From the human T2T-CHM13v2.0 reference genome, Homo sapiens, in assembly GCF_009914755.1 (NCBI RefSeq), contig NC_060927.1: a DNA stretch of 64,000 nucleotides; one strand, 5' to 3'. The stretch's first letter is position 1, and every line of letters begins with the position of its first letter. Below the pieces are notes generated by a model that saw only the letters and a program-made list of their open reading frames with translations, did not search any database and was not told the DNA's origin. Below are positions 45,511-61,990 of this stretch, piece after piece. Both the position numbers and the translations under genes were made by a program.

Positions 45511-47064
45511 GGTGCCCTGAATCCTGAATCCATTAAGCTTTCTGTCCTCAACATCTCAAAGATGTGTTGAGCATGCCGACTTTTCTGATCTTACACAAAT
45601 GTGGTACATTCTGTCATTAGTTTTTCATGTGATGAACTTGGACTTGCTACCCGCCTTTTTCTGTTACTCTGAAGGCAAGTGTGCTGTATTGTCTTGCATC
45701 CCTTCCTACCATTGCTTCCTTCCATGGGAAAGACTGACATGGTCTTGGGCATCTTGCAAAGATTTTTTATTTTTTTTTGAAACCACTTAAGTAAAACAAA
45801 GTCTCCTGCTGTCAAGTCATTTGTTACTAATGTTCAGAGAAAATTCTGCTTTTCTTAGTCATCAACAGTGAAGGAGAAACAACTTTCTCCAGACTTACGG
45901 GAAGCTTGTCTGCTCTCAATTCATAGGAAATTCCCTCAGGCAGGTATCTTCAATCAGCTCTAATCTACTCATCAGTGATTTTCTTTCAAAAGGAACCACT
46001 TGAGGCTGAGCCAGAGGCTTATCAAGTACTTTAGGCCTTTTGGGGAACAGGGAGGAATAGAATAAAGGTGGATGAAGATGGGAGCCATGGAGGAGCTTAA
46101 AAATCTGCTACTAAATACCAGTAAAACATTTTCTTGAGGTAGAGTACCTGAATTCTAAGGAGAAGAGTGTGATTTCCTGTAAGTTATTTTTGTTTAGTTT
46201 TTGTCTCATTTTCAACAACTGGGAGATACTTAAAAGAATCTCCATAAAATGAAGACTAGGTACATTCAGCCCTAGTCTAGGTAAGGGATGTCTGGCTGAT
46301 ATTGTACTGATTCACTATGCATAGCCAAGGATGATTGACATACCCTGGAAAAAGTGTGAATATCAAAATGAGAAAATGTTAAATGTCTGAAATCACATAG
46401 TAAAATGTATAAAATTATGAAAATATTTCCATTATTCACAATTTAGCTAAGCAAAGCAACTAAGTTCCATAGTACTCTTTATTATTTATGTAATAACAGA
46501 AGATGGCAAATAGAGAGAATAAGACATAAATTGACTTTTAAACGTTATTGGCCTTGTGACTGAACATCTATATAGTTTTATTTTCAGGTTTAAAGTTCAT
46601 TCAAAGTGGGGAGGGGTAGCCAGTATATTGCCATTTTGAATAGTGCAATTAGGATACCAAAGGGTTAAATATAAAGCATTTATATTTATAATATTATAAG
46701 ACTTTAAACTTATAAAATATCTTACTTACATATAAAACACCCATTTACATAAGAAGAAGTTGGGGAGATCCGGCTTGACAATACTGTGGGACTAAGACTT
46801 GGGCAGAGAATGGTTGATTGGATCACAAGCTTAAAAGGAGCAATCTGGTTAAAATATAGGAGACATCCACAAAACTTCAAAGCTGTGCAACTTTAGGCTG
46901 TATAAACAAAAGTATACAGAACCAGGGAAGGAATATACCTGTTGTACTCTAGACTCTCTAGGTAACCTTTGGAATACCTTTGTGCAACAAGAGCACATTT
47001 TGAGCAGGATGGCCATGTTGGCAGAGGGATTGCTATCCGTAACATAGGAACTGTTTTTGTTGTT

Positions 47065-50125
<3,061 letters not shown>

Positions 50126-50127
50126 TT

Positions 50128-50513
50128 GTCTTGGTCCATTCTGTGCTGCTATGACAGAATACCTGAGACTGGATAATTTATAATGAACAGAAATGTATTT
50201 GGCTCACAGTTCTGGAGTCCGGGAAGTCCAAGAGTGTGGCACAGACATCTGGCAAAGACCTTTGTGCTGTGTCATCTCATGGCGGAAGGCAGAAGAGCAA
50301 GAAAGGGTGAGAGCAAGAGGAGGTTGAACTTGCTTTTATAATGAAGCCACTTTCAAAATAGCTAACCCACTCTGGTGATAGAAACATTAATCCATTCATG
50401 AGGACAGAGCCCTTATGACCTAATCAGCCCTTAAAGTCCCACCTCTCAACACTGTTGCATTGGGGATTAAATTTCCAACACACAAACTTTGGGGGACACA
50501 TTCAAACCATAGC
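50128..50513 (-). mobile_element. MST-family MaLR LTR
   Basis: tgtcttggtccattctgtgctgctatgacagaatacc...ggggacacattcaaaccatagca. Confidence 0.85.
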
Positions 50514-51393
50514 ATATATCATGATTTTTACGTCTAAAAATTCAATGTGTTTTTTTTCTTTTGCATGCCTCTACATAACTTTTTAAATATAAAGAATACA
50601 GTAACAATAATGATGTCAATATCCTTACCTGCCTATTTAATATCTGTGTCAGTTCTAAGTCAGTTTTGACTAACTTATTTTTCCCCTCATTATGAGAGTT
50701 AATAACTATTGGAACTAATCTCTGAATGAGATAAAAAGAAATTCTACTGTAACAATTGATTAGAAGGCCTAAAATTAAACAGTTCAGATTATAACATAAA
50801 ACAAGAAAAGTCATGAAAGTTGTCTTCAAAGAGAAGGCAGATAGATGTATTATGAATTGTTAAGAACCTGCAAGTACAAGGTATACTATTGGTGAGAGGA
50901 AGGTTAAAACAACAACAACAAATCTCTATAAATGAAAAGTATCACCAGCAGCAACAACAAAGAAATACAATTAGAAACTCAGAGAAAACTGAAAATGCAT
51001 ATAAGAAATTTATGTTATGAAAACGAAGTAAATTATACTGCATGATATGAGCAATTGATGGAAATGAAAAAGCAGTATTTTCTGAAATAACAAAGCAAAA
51101 TTTCAGATAATTCAGAAAGATGAAGAGGAACAACTAATGCTTGGTATTCGTGTATACTTTCTTTAGGCTTGTCATAATTACTAAATTTAATCATATTCCT
51201 GTGATGTATTTAGTTTTCCTGTTTGAAACTAATTTGTCTTTTTTATAGGTTATTTTCTTTTTCATAGGAGCTTGTCCCTATTTATCTCCTCCATGGGTTC
51301 AAAGTTTTTAAAAATAAAAACTTTTCTGTTGTTGTTTAGGCCTAGTAGTATCTTCAGATGCTTAAAGACAGTTGATTAAGTATTGCCTTTTGA

Positions 51394-51784
<391 letters not shown>

Positions 51785-53009
51785 CATGTTTTTTCTTAAA
51801 TTGTTTTCCTTAACTTCAAAGACAAATTTTTGGATGAAATAGTTTTTTTTTTTAATAAATAATTTTCTGAAGTTCAGTGACACCTAAAGTTTCCTTTCAG
51901 TTTATTTTTACTGTAAGATTCAAACAAGATTATATTTTATAGCTTTATTTAGAAATAAATAAATATGTATTCACTGTGTTGGATGAGAAATTTATCATTC
52001 ATTTACTTCCTTCATATTTCCTCTCCCAAGTTCTGGATTTCATTAATAAAATCTGAGATTTTATAGACAGATTACTTTTGTTATTACCTTTCAGATTATT
52101 TACCATTTTCTGACTTAAGAGTTACCTGTGGCATTACTTTTACTTTTAAAAAAGGTGAATAGCAATTATTTTTTATTTTAAGGTATTGTAGGTAGTACTT
52201 CCTGTGAAGCAGACGGTGAGAAGCATCATAGCTCAACTTGTTCCCCTGTTCAATCCTGCTTTCCAGGATCCTTATTATTTCTAGGTAAGATTTCTCAGGG
52301 TTGTCCTCTAGTACTGTCCCCAGGCCCCCTACAGATGTCACTGACCTTTCTGTTTTCTCTAATTTCAGTGTTTTCAGTTTTGTCTTTCAGTTAATCTGTT
52401 GTTATTTGTTTTATGACTGTTTTTAATTATCACAATAATGATTTGTTTCTTTTAATTCCTCCTGAAGTCTTCTTTTATATTGCTTTCTCTGTATTATTGG
52501 TTTTAGTTTCAGAGATACAATGTTCTTTCTTGAGGATTACAAAAGAAACTAGAACATTTTGGGGAAATTTCTCCTTCAAAGAGGACAACATTTTCTCTGT
52601 TAGACTGGTCTCTTTTTTCGATTATTTACATATTTTTTTAGAATTACATTTAAGTTGATAAATTAGGTTTTTAGTTGTATCTATTTGTATTACATTTTAG
52701 TGGATGCTATAGGGTTTATAATATACATCTGTAATTTTTCATTGTCTATTTAGAATTAATATTGTCACATGAAATGTAGAACTCTTTTAACTATGTAGGT
52801 TCATTTATTCCCATCCCTATAATGTATATTTTAGTTACTATATGTATTACATCTATAAACATTATAAACCCTAACAAAATATTATTATTGTTTTTGCTTT
52901 AAGCAGTTATATGTAGTCTAAAGAAATTAAGAGGAATACATAGTCCTATACATTTATCAGATATTTGCCATTTCTGATGTGCTTCGTTCCTTCCTTAAGA
53001 TTTTGCTTC

Positions 53010-53820
53010 ACAAATCAACAAGCAAAAAACAATCCCATTGAAAAATGGGCAAAGGACATGAACAGACACTTCTCGAAAGAAGACACACAAGTGGCCAAAA
53101 AGCATATGAAAAAATGCTCAATATCACTAATCATTAGGGAAATGCAAATCAAAACCATGGTGAGATACCATTTCATACCAGTCAGAATGGCTATTACTAA
53201 AAGGTCAAAAAGTAACAGATGCTGGAGAGGTTGCAGAGAAAAGAGAATGCTTATATACTGCTGGAGGGGATGTAAATTAGTTCAGTAATCTTATTACTGG
53301 GTATATATCCAAAGGAATAGAAATTGCTCTACTGTAAAGACATTTGTATGAGTATGTTAATTGCAGCCCTATTCACAATAGCAAACACATGGAATTCACC
53401 TAGATGCCCATCAATTGTTGACTGGATCAAGGAAATGTGGTACGTATACACCATGGAATGACATGCAGCCATAAAAAAGAATGAGATTATGTTCTTTGCA
53501 GAAACGTGGGTGGAGCTGGAGGCCGTTATCCTAAGTGAATTAATGCAGGAACAGAAAACCAAATGCTGCATGTTCCTACTTATAGGTGGGAGATAAACAC
53601 TGACTACACATGGACACAAAGAAGGAAACAGTAGACACCAGGACCTACTTAAGGGTGGAGGGCGGAAGGAGGGTGAGGATGAAAAAAACTACCTATTGGA
53701 TATTATGCTAATTACTGAAGTGACAATTATCTGTACATCGAACTCCTGTGACATACAATTTACCCATGTTAACATACCTGCACATGTTCCAACCTAAAAT
53801 AAAAGTTGGAAAAAAAGAAA
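53010..53820 (+). mobile_element. L1 3' fragment (old L1PA/L1PB) within older L1M sequence extending to ~55270
   Basis: ORF 52965-53288 contains [19 protein letters not shown]...[18 protein letters not shown] (L1 ORF2 C-terminus), followed by 3'UTR and A tail. Confidence 0.88.
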
Positions 53821-56800
53821 AAAAATGCGTTTCATATGACTAAAAAAAAAAAATTGGTTTCATTTTCCTTCGACAGGAAGAACTCCCTTTATACTTTCTT
53901 AACAGTGCACATCTGCTGGCAATGAATTATTTTAATTTTCTTTCTTTTCCTTTATTTCTTGAAGGATATTTTTGCTGAATATAGAATCCTGAGTTTATAT
54001 TTTTCTTTTGGAACTTTAAAATTATTCTCTCTTCATCTTTGGTATTCAGCAGTTTGACTATGATGCTGCTAGGTATGGCTTTGTTTGTATTTATTCTGCT
54101 TATAACTGAATTGCCTAAGGTGGAATCTGTGAATTTATGTTTTTCACCAAAATTGGGAAAATTTTGGCCATTACTGTTTCAAAATTTTAATGCCTCATTT
54201 TCACACTTTTCTCCTTTAAAGATTTCAGTTGCATGTATGTTAGGCCATTTGATATTGTCCCATGGGTTTCTGAAAATCTGTTCATTTTTTTCAATTTTTT
54301 TTCTTATTTCTATTTTTTCAGATTGGGAAATTTCTATTAACCTATCTCAAGTTAAAGGATTGTTTTGTTTGTCATCTCAATTCCATTAAGTCCATTCAGT
54401 AAATTTTTTAAATGTTTACTTTTTTAGTTCTTGAGTTTACATTTGGTTTTTAAAATATAGTTTCTACTTCTCTGCTGAGATTTCCTATCATTTTATTCAT
54501 TGCGATTGTTTTTCTTTACCTCATCAAGTATAGTTATAACGGTTGCTAATCCAACATTTGGGTCATCCTGGAGTTGGTCTCCATTGATTACTTTTTCTCT
54601 TGAGAACAAGTCAACTTTTCTCATTCTTTGTATGTTGAGTAATTTTGCATTTTATTCTGGACATTGTGAATGGTATAGGTGTGGATTCTGCTGCATTCTT
54701 CTAAATATTTATTTCACTGGCATTGTTTTATTAGGCAGTTGACCTGATTGCACCCCCAAGATGCAAACTTTGCTTTTTAGGTAGCAACTCAAATCTCAGT
54801 TCATTTCTTTTGTCTTTATGGAATTTGCTCCACAGAGATATGGTTCAGGAGTCAACCAGAGATTTAGGCAGAATTTATACACAGCATGTAGAGCTTCTCC
54901 TTTCTGACTGCTTTTCTGAGATTCATTCCTTAATTTTCAATGGCTGTGGTTTCCCCAGGACTGTCCTCTCATTCTTCAGACTAGATGGATTATGATTTTC
55001 TAGTAGTTTTAGCTGCTTTGAGCAGCTGCTGACTGCAGCTTGCCTTCAGTTGCTGACTGCAGCTTGCTCAACACCATTTGAAAAACGGGAAATTCATCGT
55101 GTGCCTATTCCTTTTTTACAAGTTTTAACATTCCTCCAGAGTCTACCTGCTGTTATTCACTCTCCAAGGCTTTCAGATAGTTTACTTCTTATATTTTGTG
55201 CGAAGTTTATAGCTGTTATCTGTAGGAGAATCAGTCTGGTTGGACCTTGCTTTGGCATACCAAAATTGGAAGCAAATTCCTTTCTTTTTAATCGCAGAAA
55301 TTTTATAAAGGTCCAGTAATTTTTCTTGCTTACTCATCTTTAGTTTGTCAACATATGCTTGACAATTATTAGCTTACTGTAAAATATGAGTTGGAATGGG
55401 TTCTTTGACATACTGTGGTTGTCCCTTTCTCAATACTTCAGTCCAAAACAAAGAAGTATACACTATTTAGTTATATTGGAAATCCATGTTACTAGGGTAG
55501 AGATGCTTAAAGTCTCAAGGGAGTGGAAAAGCAGCTAGAGCCAGGAGAGAACTGTAGAGAATTCTGCCTCTGTGCCAAAGTATGTCTCTTCTATATATGA
55601 ATTGGGATAACCCCGGCCATGTCCCTGATTTTTGCCTGACAAGGTCCCTGATTTTTGCCTGACTAGGAGACCTTTACCAGATGTTATATTAGAACTAAGC
55701 CTCTTCTATACTCAGCTCAGTGAAGTAACTAGAAATAACTTGGTAATAAAACCTGTCAATACTGAGTTTGAACTCTTGTAAATAGTGAGTTGCCTATCAC
55801 TGGAATCATTCAAGTGGGAGCTTGATGATCATTCCTCCTTTATTATTTTTACCTCTATACTTATTAAGAGGGGTGGAGGGAGAATATATCACTGCTTTCC
55901 CCTTGGCACTCAATAGCTATATGTTGTATAAACAAATATTTATTGAATTCATTGCATGAATGAATTAGAAGAGAGTTTTCTCTATGGTATGAGAAGGCAT
56001 ATTTTGCATTCTGAGGAGAAGAAATTAAAAAGTTAGGGTAAATATTGTCAAATGGTCTTTAATTCAGAATATTTTGGTGGGAGGAATCATGGATAGTGTA
56101 TTAGAATATTTTAAAAGAAAAGCAATGATTTGATTACAATCAGTTAACATGAAATAATCAGCACATGAAACTGGCTACCACAATAGCTGTTTTAAAATAA
56201 TTTCAAATTATCCCTGTGGGAGAAATTTGAACTAAGATGGAAAGGCTCATGGCAGGCCCTCAGAACCTAGGTGAGTTCATATGTTCAACTTAGCAACTTT
56301 CTTTTGCTATTTCTTTATAATCTTAAAGAAAAGGCTACCTGTTCATTTGTCACAAAATTTGAACAGGTGTTCCTTTGCCTTCTAGTCTAGCTTATCCGAA
56401 ACAGCACAAACAGATTGTCCTAAACAGCACACAAATGAGTCTTATTTCCTACCCAGGAGTGAAAGAACAGTCTTGGTCTTCGTAAGTCCTTAGTCATGAC
56501 AATGCTTCTTTCTTTATTCTCAGGAATCAGTGTGCTCTATTTAAAGATATTGGCACAGTCTTACTGGCTTTTCAAAACTATTTGTAATGTAAGGTGAACT
56601 GGACACTAGAATGAATCTGGAAGATTTTAATTGCTCTAGGAATTTCATCTAGTTCTCACAGTGACTTCAATCATGGCTATTATCCAGTTTACACCTCCCA
56701 ATTCTGCCCTCACTTTATCATACGAATGAAGCAAGACTGCATAAGTAGAATGGCATTCACACAGGAAGCATTCATTAATGTTTGAATGAAGAAATGGGAA

Positions 56801-57589
56801 ATGATCTATTTTATTCATCAGATACTTAGAAACTAAAGTTAAATAATTCTTCCCTCATTTAAAGTTCCACAGACAGATATTTAAAAGGTTTGGTAAGTGA
56901 TTGATAGAGCTCTGAAATCATATTAGCTGCCATTTATTTCTCACTGTGACATGTACCAGGCCACTTCTAAATCCTTTATATGCATTATTTCATTCATACC
57001 TTACAATATCATATGAACCAGGCATTGTTATCTTCCTTTCACAGAGAAGAAATGGAAGTATAGAGAGGTTGACCAGCTCACAATCACTCTCTCAGGAAGC
57101 TTCAGAGCTGAGATCCAAGCTCCAGGGTACTTGGCTTCAAGGCCAGAGCCACTGGTCTAGAGTGCCATAGGTAAGTAGCCATTATAGAAGAACAGCTGAG
57201 CAATTTTAAAACACGTTGTGAAATCACATCAAATCTTGAGGGCAACTAAGGTGAAAAGTAGATGATCTAAAAGGGCAAAATTTGCTTTTGTGTAAGTTTT
57301 ACCTGAAACTATGAGCGTATATCCCCCAAACTATCACAGGAAATATAGTAATCTCTCCCCTATTCCTTCTCAGATTAGAGCTAGGTATTTATGGAAAATG
57401 TGGTATCCTAGAAATGTCAACCAAGGAAGAAGCTATTGGTGGAAGAAAATTTGACCTCCCTCATCCTCTCCACAATCTCTTTAACATCTCATATCTGGCA
57501 AGGCCACACAGTTCAAGGCATTCAAACGATTGCCTTCATGGGTTTCTGCTGATGGTATGATTGTTTGTCAAGCACCTGCTATATTCGTA

Positions 57590-58530
57590 ATTTTTAAAAA
57601 TTGTAGTAAAACATATATAATTTAAAATTTGCCATTTTCATCATTTTAAAGTGTACAATTCAATGGCATTAATTACATTCACCATCTTATATAACCATCA
57701 CAATTTCCAAAAATCATTTCATCATCTCAAAGAGAAATTCTGTGTCCATTAAGCAATAACTCCCCATTATTCCCTTCTCCCATTCCATGGTAACCTCTAA
57801 TATACTTTCAATCTCTGTGAATTTGTCTATTCTAGATATTTCATATAATTGAAATCATGCAATATTTGTCCTTTTGTGTCTGATTTATTTCACTTAGAGA
57901 GAGAAAGAGGGCTTAATTCTTTTTTCAGTAACCCACTCTCCAGATAATTCACTCTGCAAAACAGCATTAATTCATTCATAAAGTCTGAGCCCCATGACCT
58001 AATCATCTCTTAAATATCCCACCTCTCAACATTGTTGCACTGGGGATTAAGTTTCTAACACATGAACTTTGGGGGACACATTCAAACCATAGCACACCAC
58101 CTTTGGCTGTTGTGAATAATGCTGCTATCAACATTAGCTTATAAGTATCTGTTTAAGTCTTTGTTTTCAATTCTTTTTGGTATATACCTAGCAGTGCAGT
58201 TGCGGGGTCATAAGGTAATTCTATGTTTAATGTTTTGAGGAATAGCCAAACTGTTTTCCAGAGGGCTATACAATTTATATCCTCACCAGCAATGCACAAA
58301 TTTCCATTTTTTCCACATCCTTACAAACATTTGTTATTCCTTATTATTTCCTTTTTTAAAAAGTAGTCATCCTAGTAGTTATGAAGTGGTATCTCATCGT
58401 GGCTTTGATCCGCATTTCCCTAATGACGAATGATGTTGAGCATCTTTTCATGTGCTTATTGGCCATTTGTGTATCTTCTTTGGAGAAATGCTTATTCAAG
58501 TGCTTTGACATTTTTAAATTGAGTTGTCGG
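57590..58530 (-). mobile_element. L1MB-like 3' fragment interrupted by an MST fragment (~57898-58095)
   Basis: aagtgtacaattcaatggcattaattacattcac... antisense L1M 3' end. Confidence 0.78.
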
Positions 58531-58694
58531 AGTTATATTTATTATCTTTAATTTTCATCACAACTCTGCAAATTACACATTATTGCTTTAACTTCATAGA
58601 GGAGAAAATCAAGGCTGAGAGACTGTTACTTGTCTGAGGTCCTACTATAAGTGGCAGAGCCAGAATTTGAATCCACATATGATAGGGCATCTCT

Positions 58695-59270
58695 AAGAGG
58701 GTCTCCATGATTCTCCCCTCCTGATACTCATGCCCTCATGTAATCCCTTCCCCTGGGGTGTGAGGTGAATGTTAATGACTCATTTCTAATAGATATAATA
58801 TATCAAAAGGGATGGGATGCCGCTTCTGAGATTAGGAAGTGAAAGATTGTGGCTTGCATCGTGCTTGCTCTTTTTCATTCTCTCGCTTGTTAACTCTGAG
58901 GGAAGCTAGTTGCCACATTGTGAGCAACATGATAGAGAGACCCATGTGTCAATCAACTGAAGGAGTCCTCTGGCCATCCAACAGCCAGTGAAGACGTGAG
59001 GTGTTCAGTCCAGAAAACTGTGAGGAACTGAATTTTACCAACTATGTGAGGAGCTTAGAAATCAGTCCTCCCTTAGTTAAACCATCACATCAGACCACAG
59101 CTGTGGTCAGCACCTTGATTATAGCCTTGTGAGAGACTTTGGGGTACAGGCATCTGGCTAAGCTGTGCCCAGATTCTTGACCTATAAAAATACTAATAAA
59201 TAATTAATATTTGTTGTTTTAAGCTGCTAAGTTTTGAGGCAATTTGTTATGCAGCAATAGATAACTAACG
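58695..59270 (+). mobile_element. MLT1-family MaLR LTR
   Basis: Ends ttttaagctgctaagttttgaggcaatttgttatgcagcaatagataactaa. Confidence 0.78.
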
Positions 59271-60569
59271 CTTCATATCTACTGCTTTTTAAGTAAAAAC
59301 ATTAAATTGGTTTAGATGCCAAGCAAAGACATTTTAACAGAAGATAATGGGGCAAGTACTCTCTCTGGACCTGTTTGGGCACAGCAGACATGGGCCAACC
59401 TAAAGAAGGAATTAAATTTGGGATGGGAATAGTCAACCTGACTGTGGTTATGAGAAGTTTATTGAAAATAATTTTGTGTGTTGACCTTTTGGATTATTCT
59501 TGTGAGTCATGGGGTTCAGCCTATACTCTAGTCTCCCTTAGGAGCACAGAAAAGCTATCTTGAGATATCCTTACCTCTTCTCTGGAATCTCTAGGTTCTT
59601 CCATTGGACAGAAAGGTACTAGGGAGAGGGACAAATACGTTATGACTTCTTCCTACTTTAGAATTTTTCTGGATTAAAACCTCAGTGTTCATTTATCAGG
59701 CTTTTGGCACTCGTTCATACAAGAAATCCAATCTATCATCATCAACATCAGTAAAAAGTATTGATGGTGCGTTGTGTTCTGAACCTGTATTTCTTGAATG
59801 GACTATATGGGGTTCAAAGAAGTCTTTGCAATTATAGGCACAATGATGTATGTTTGTGCAAATTGCATTTTTTCCTGCAGAGAGGGGCCATAACTTTCAT
59901 GGACTCTCAAAGGGGTATGGAATCTAAAACAGTTAAAGACCATAGCTTGGGTTTCTTATTAGCATGCTTACTCCTGGCTATAACTGCACCCTTATTTTGA
60001 ACTCAGATCAGGGATGGACCTTTTCTGCTGTCCAGAGTCTCCTGTTGTTGTTCTTCAGATCACAAGACTGGACCTTTTGGATACTGACAGCAGCTCAGCT
60101 TGGGCCCAGGTAACCACAGCCTCTTAAGATACTGTGCCTGAGTTGGCCAGGCAACCTCCCAGTGGGAGCACTGGTCCATGCTGTACAGTCTAACTCCTAT
60201 CTGCTGGCCCATTGTGAGGCTCCTTTGTGCTTTTGTTTTTCTATCTCAGGGCAATTTACTCTTATACATACCTGGTAATGCCAAGAAGAGACTTTTTGGC
60301 AAATAAATCTCTTCTTTAGTGTCAAAATGATAAACAATTAGCATTGAAGGTAGAAGAACTCTAGTCCAAATTATATTATCTTATCACAGTCTTCTCTCCA
60401 GTGTTGAAGAGCTTCTATCATCCTTGCAAAGAACCCATTCCATTGCTGGTCAATTTTGTTGGAAATATCTTCCAACAAACCCTAGTGTTGCTCTGCTTCT
60501 TTCTTCACATTGGCAGCTGTTCCAATGATTGAAAACAGCTCTCAATTCAAGTTACTTTAAGAGTTGTTT

Positions 60570-60864
60570 GGCTGGGGGTGGTGGCTTGTGTCTGTAATCC
60601 CAGCACTTTGGGAGGCCGAGGTGGGTGGATCACCTGAGGTCAGGAGTTTGAGACCAGCCTAGCCAACATGGTAAAACCCCATCTGTACTAAAAATACAAA
60701 AATTAGTTGGGCATGATGGTGGACACCTGTAATCCCAGCTACTTGGGAGGCTGAGGCATGAGGATCGCTTAAACCCAGGCGGCCCAAGTTTCAGTGAGCT
60801 GGGATGGCGTCACTGCACTTCAGCCTGGGCATTAAGAGCAAGACTCTGTCTGAGAAAAAGAAAA
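60570..60864 (+). mobile_element. Alu (S/J)
   Basis: Full Alu, TSD aagagttgtt. Confidence 0.9.
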
Positions 60865-61354
60865 AGAGTTGTTCATGTCATGTTTTTGAGCCCCCTCATC
60901 TCGCTCAACTTGAGAGCATCTGTTTGTCTACAATAATGGAGAGGGTTTTTCTCCTCCCTCACAAGGTTCTTGAAAGTAGTCCCATCCATTAAGTCTACCT
61001 CTCCCCATCAGTTGTACTGTAACCTATAGGTTGGGGGTTCTAGATGCTGAAGGAGATGTTGCTAATGTTATGTTTACATATTATGTTTATATATGTATGC
61101 GTATATGTTATGTTTGCACCCACACACCCATACATGTCTTTCCCATTCATTGTCTTTACTCTACCATCCTCATCACAGGGATGGTGGTGAGAAGAATAAT
61201 GAATGTGTATTTTCTAGTCCTGCAGAGCATAATTAATCTGAGAGTATGAGATGGCAATGTCTATGCTTGAAATTGATTGGGGGACCCTCAAACTGATTGA
61301 ATATGAACTGTTTCCCTTTCAGGCCAATGGAGGCTTAGAATAGATCATATGATT

Positions 61355-61990
61355 TTTCCAATTCTGTGAAGAAAGTCAGTGGTAGCTTGATAGGGAGAGC
61401 ATTGAATGGAAGACAGTGTGGCGATTCCTCAAGGATCTAGAACTAGAAATATCATTTGACCCAGCAATCCCATTACTGGGTGTGTACCCAAAAGATTAGA
61501 AATCTTTCTACTATAAAGACACATGCACATGTATGTTTATTGCAGCATTATTCACAATGGCAACGACTTGGAACCAACCCAAATGCCCATCAATTATAGA
61601 CTGGCTAAAGAAAATGTGGCACATATGCACCATGGAATACTATGCAGCCATAAAAAAGGATGAGTTCATGTCCTTTGCAGGGACATGGATGAAACTGGAA
61701 ACCATCATTCTCAGCAAAGTAACACAAGAAGAGAAAACCAAACACCACACGTTCTCACTCATAAGTGGGAGTTGAGCAATGAGAACACATGGACACAGGG
61801 AGGGGAACATCACACACTGCGGCCTGTTGAGGGGTGGAGGGCTGGGGGAGGGATAGCATTAGGAGAAATACCTAATGTAAATGACGAGTTGATGGGTGCA
61901 GCAAACCAACATGGCACATGTACACTTATGTAACAAACTGCACGTTGTGCATGTGTACCCCAGAACTTAAAGTATAATAATAATAAAAAA
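61355..61990 (+). mobile_element. L1PA 3' fragment with 5' inversion (twin priming)
   Basis: Antisense ORF2 piece 61355-61407 joined to a sense 3' end 61408-61990; 18-bp TSD agaatagatcatatgatt (61337-61354 / 61991-62008). Confidence 0.9.
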
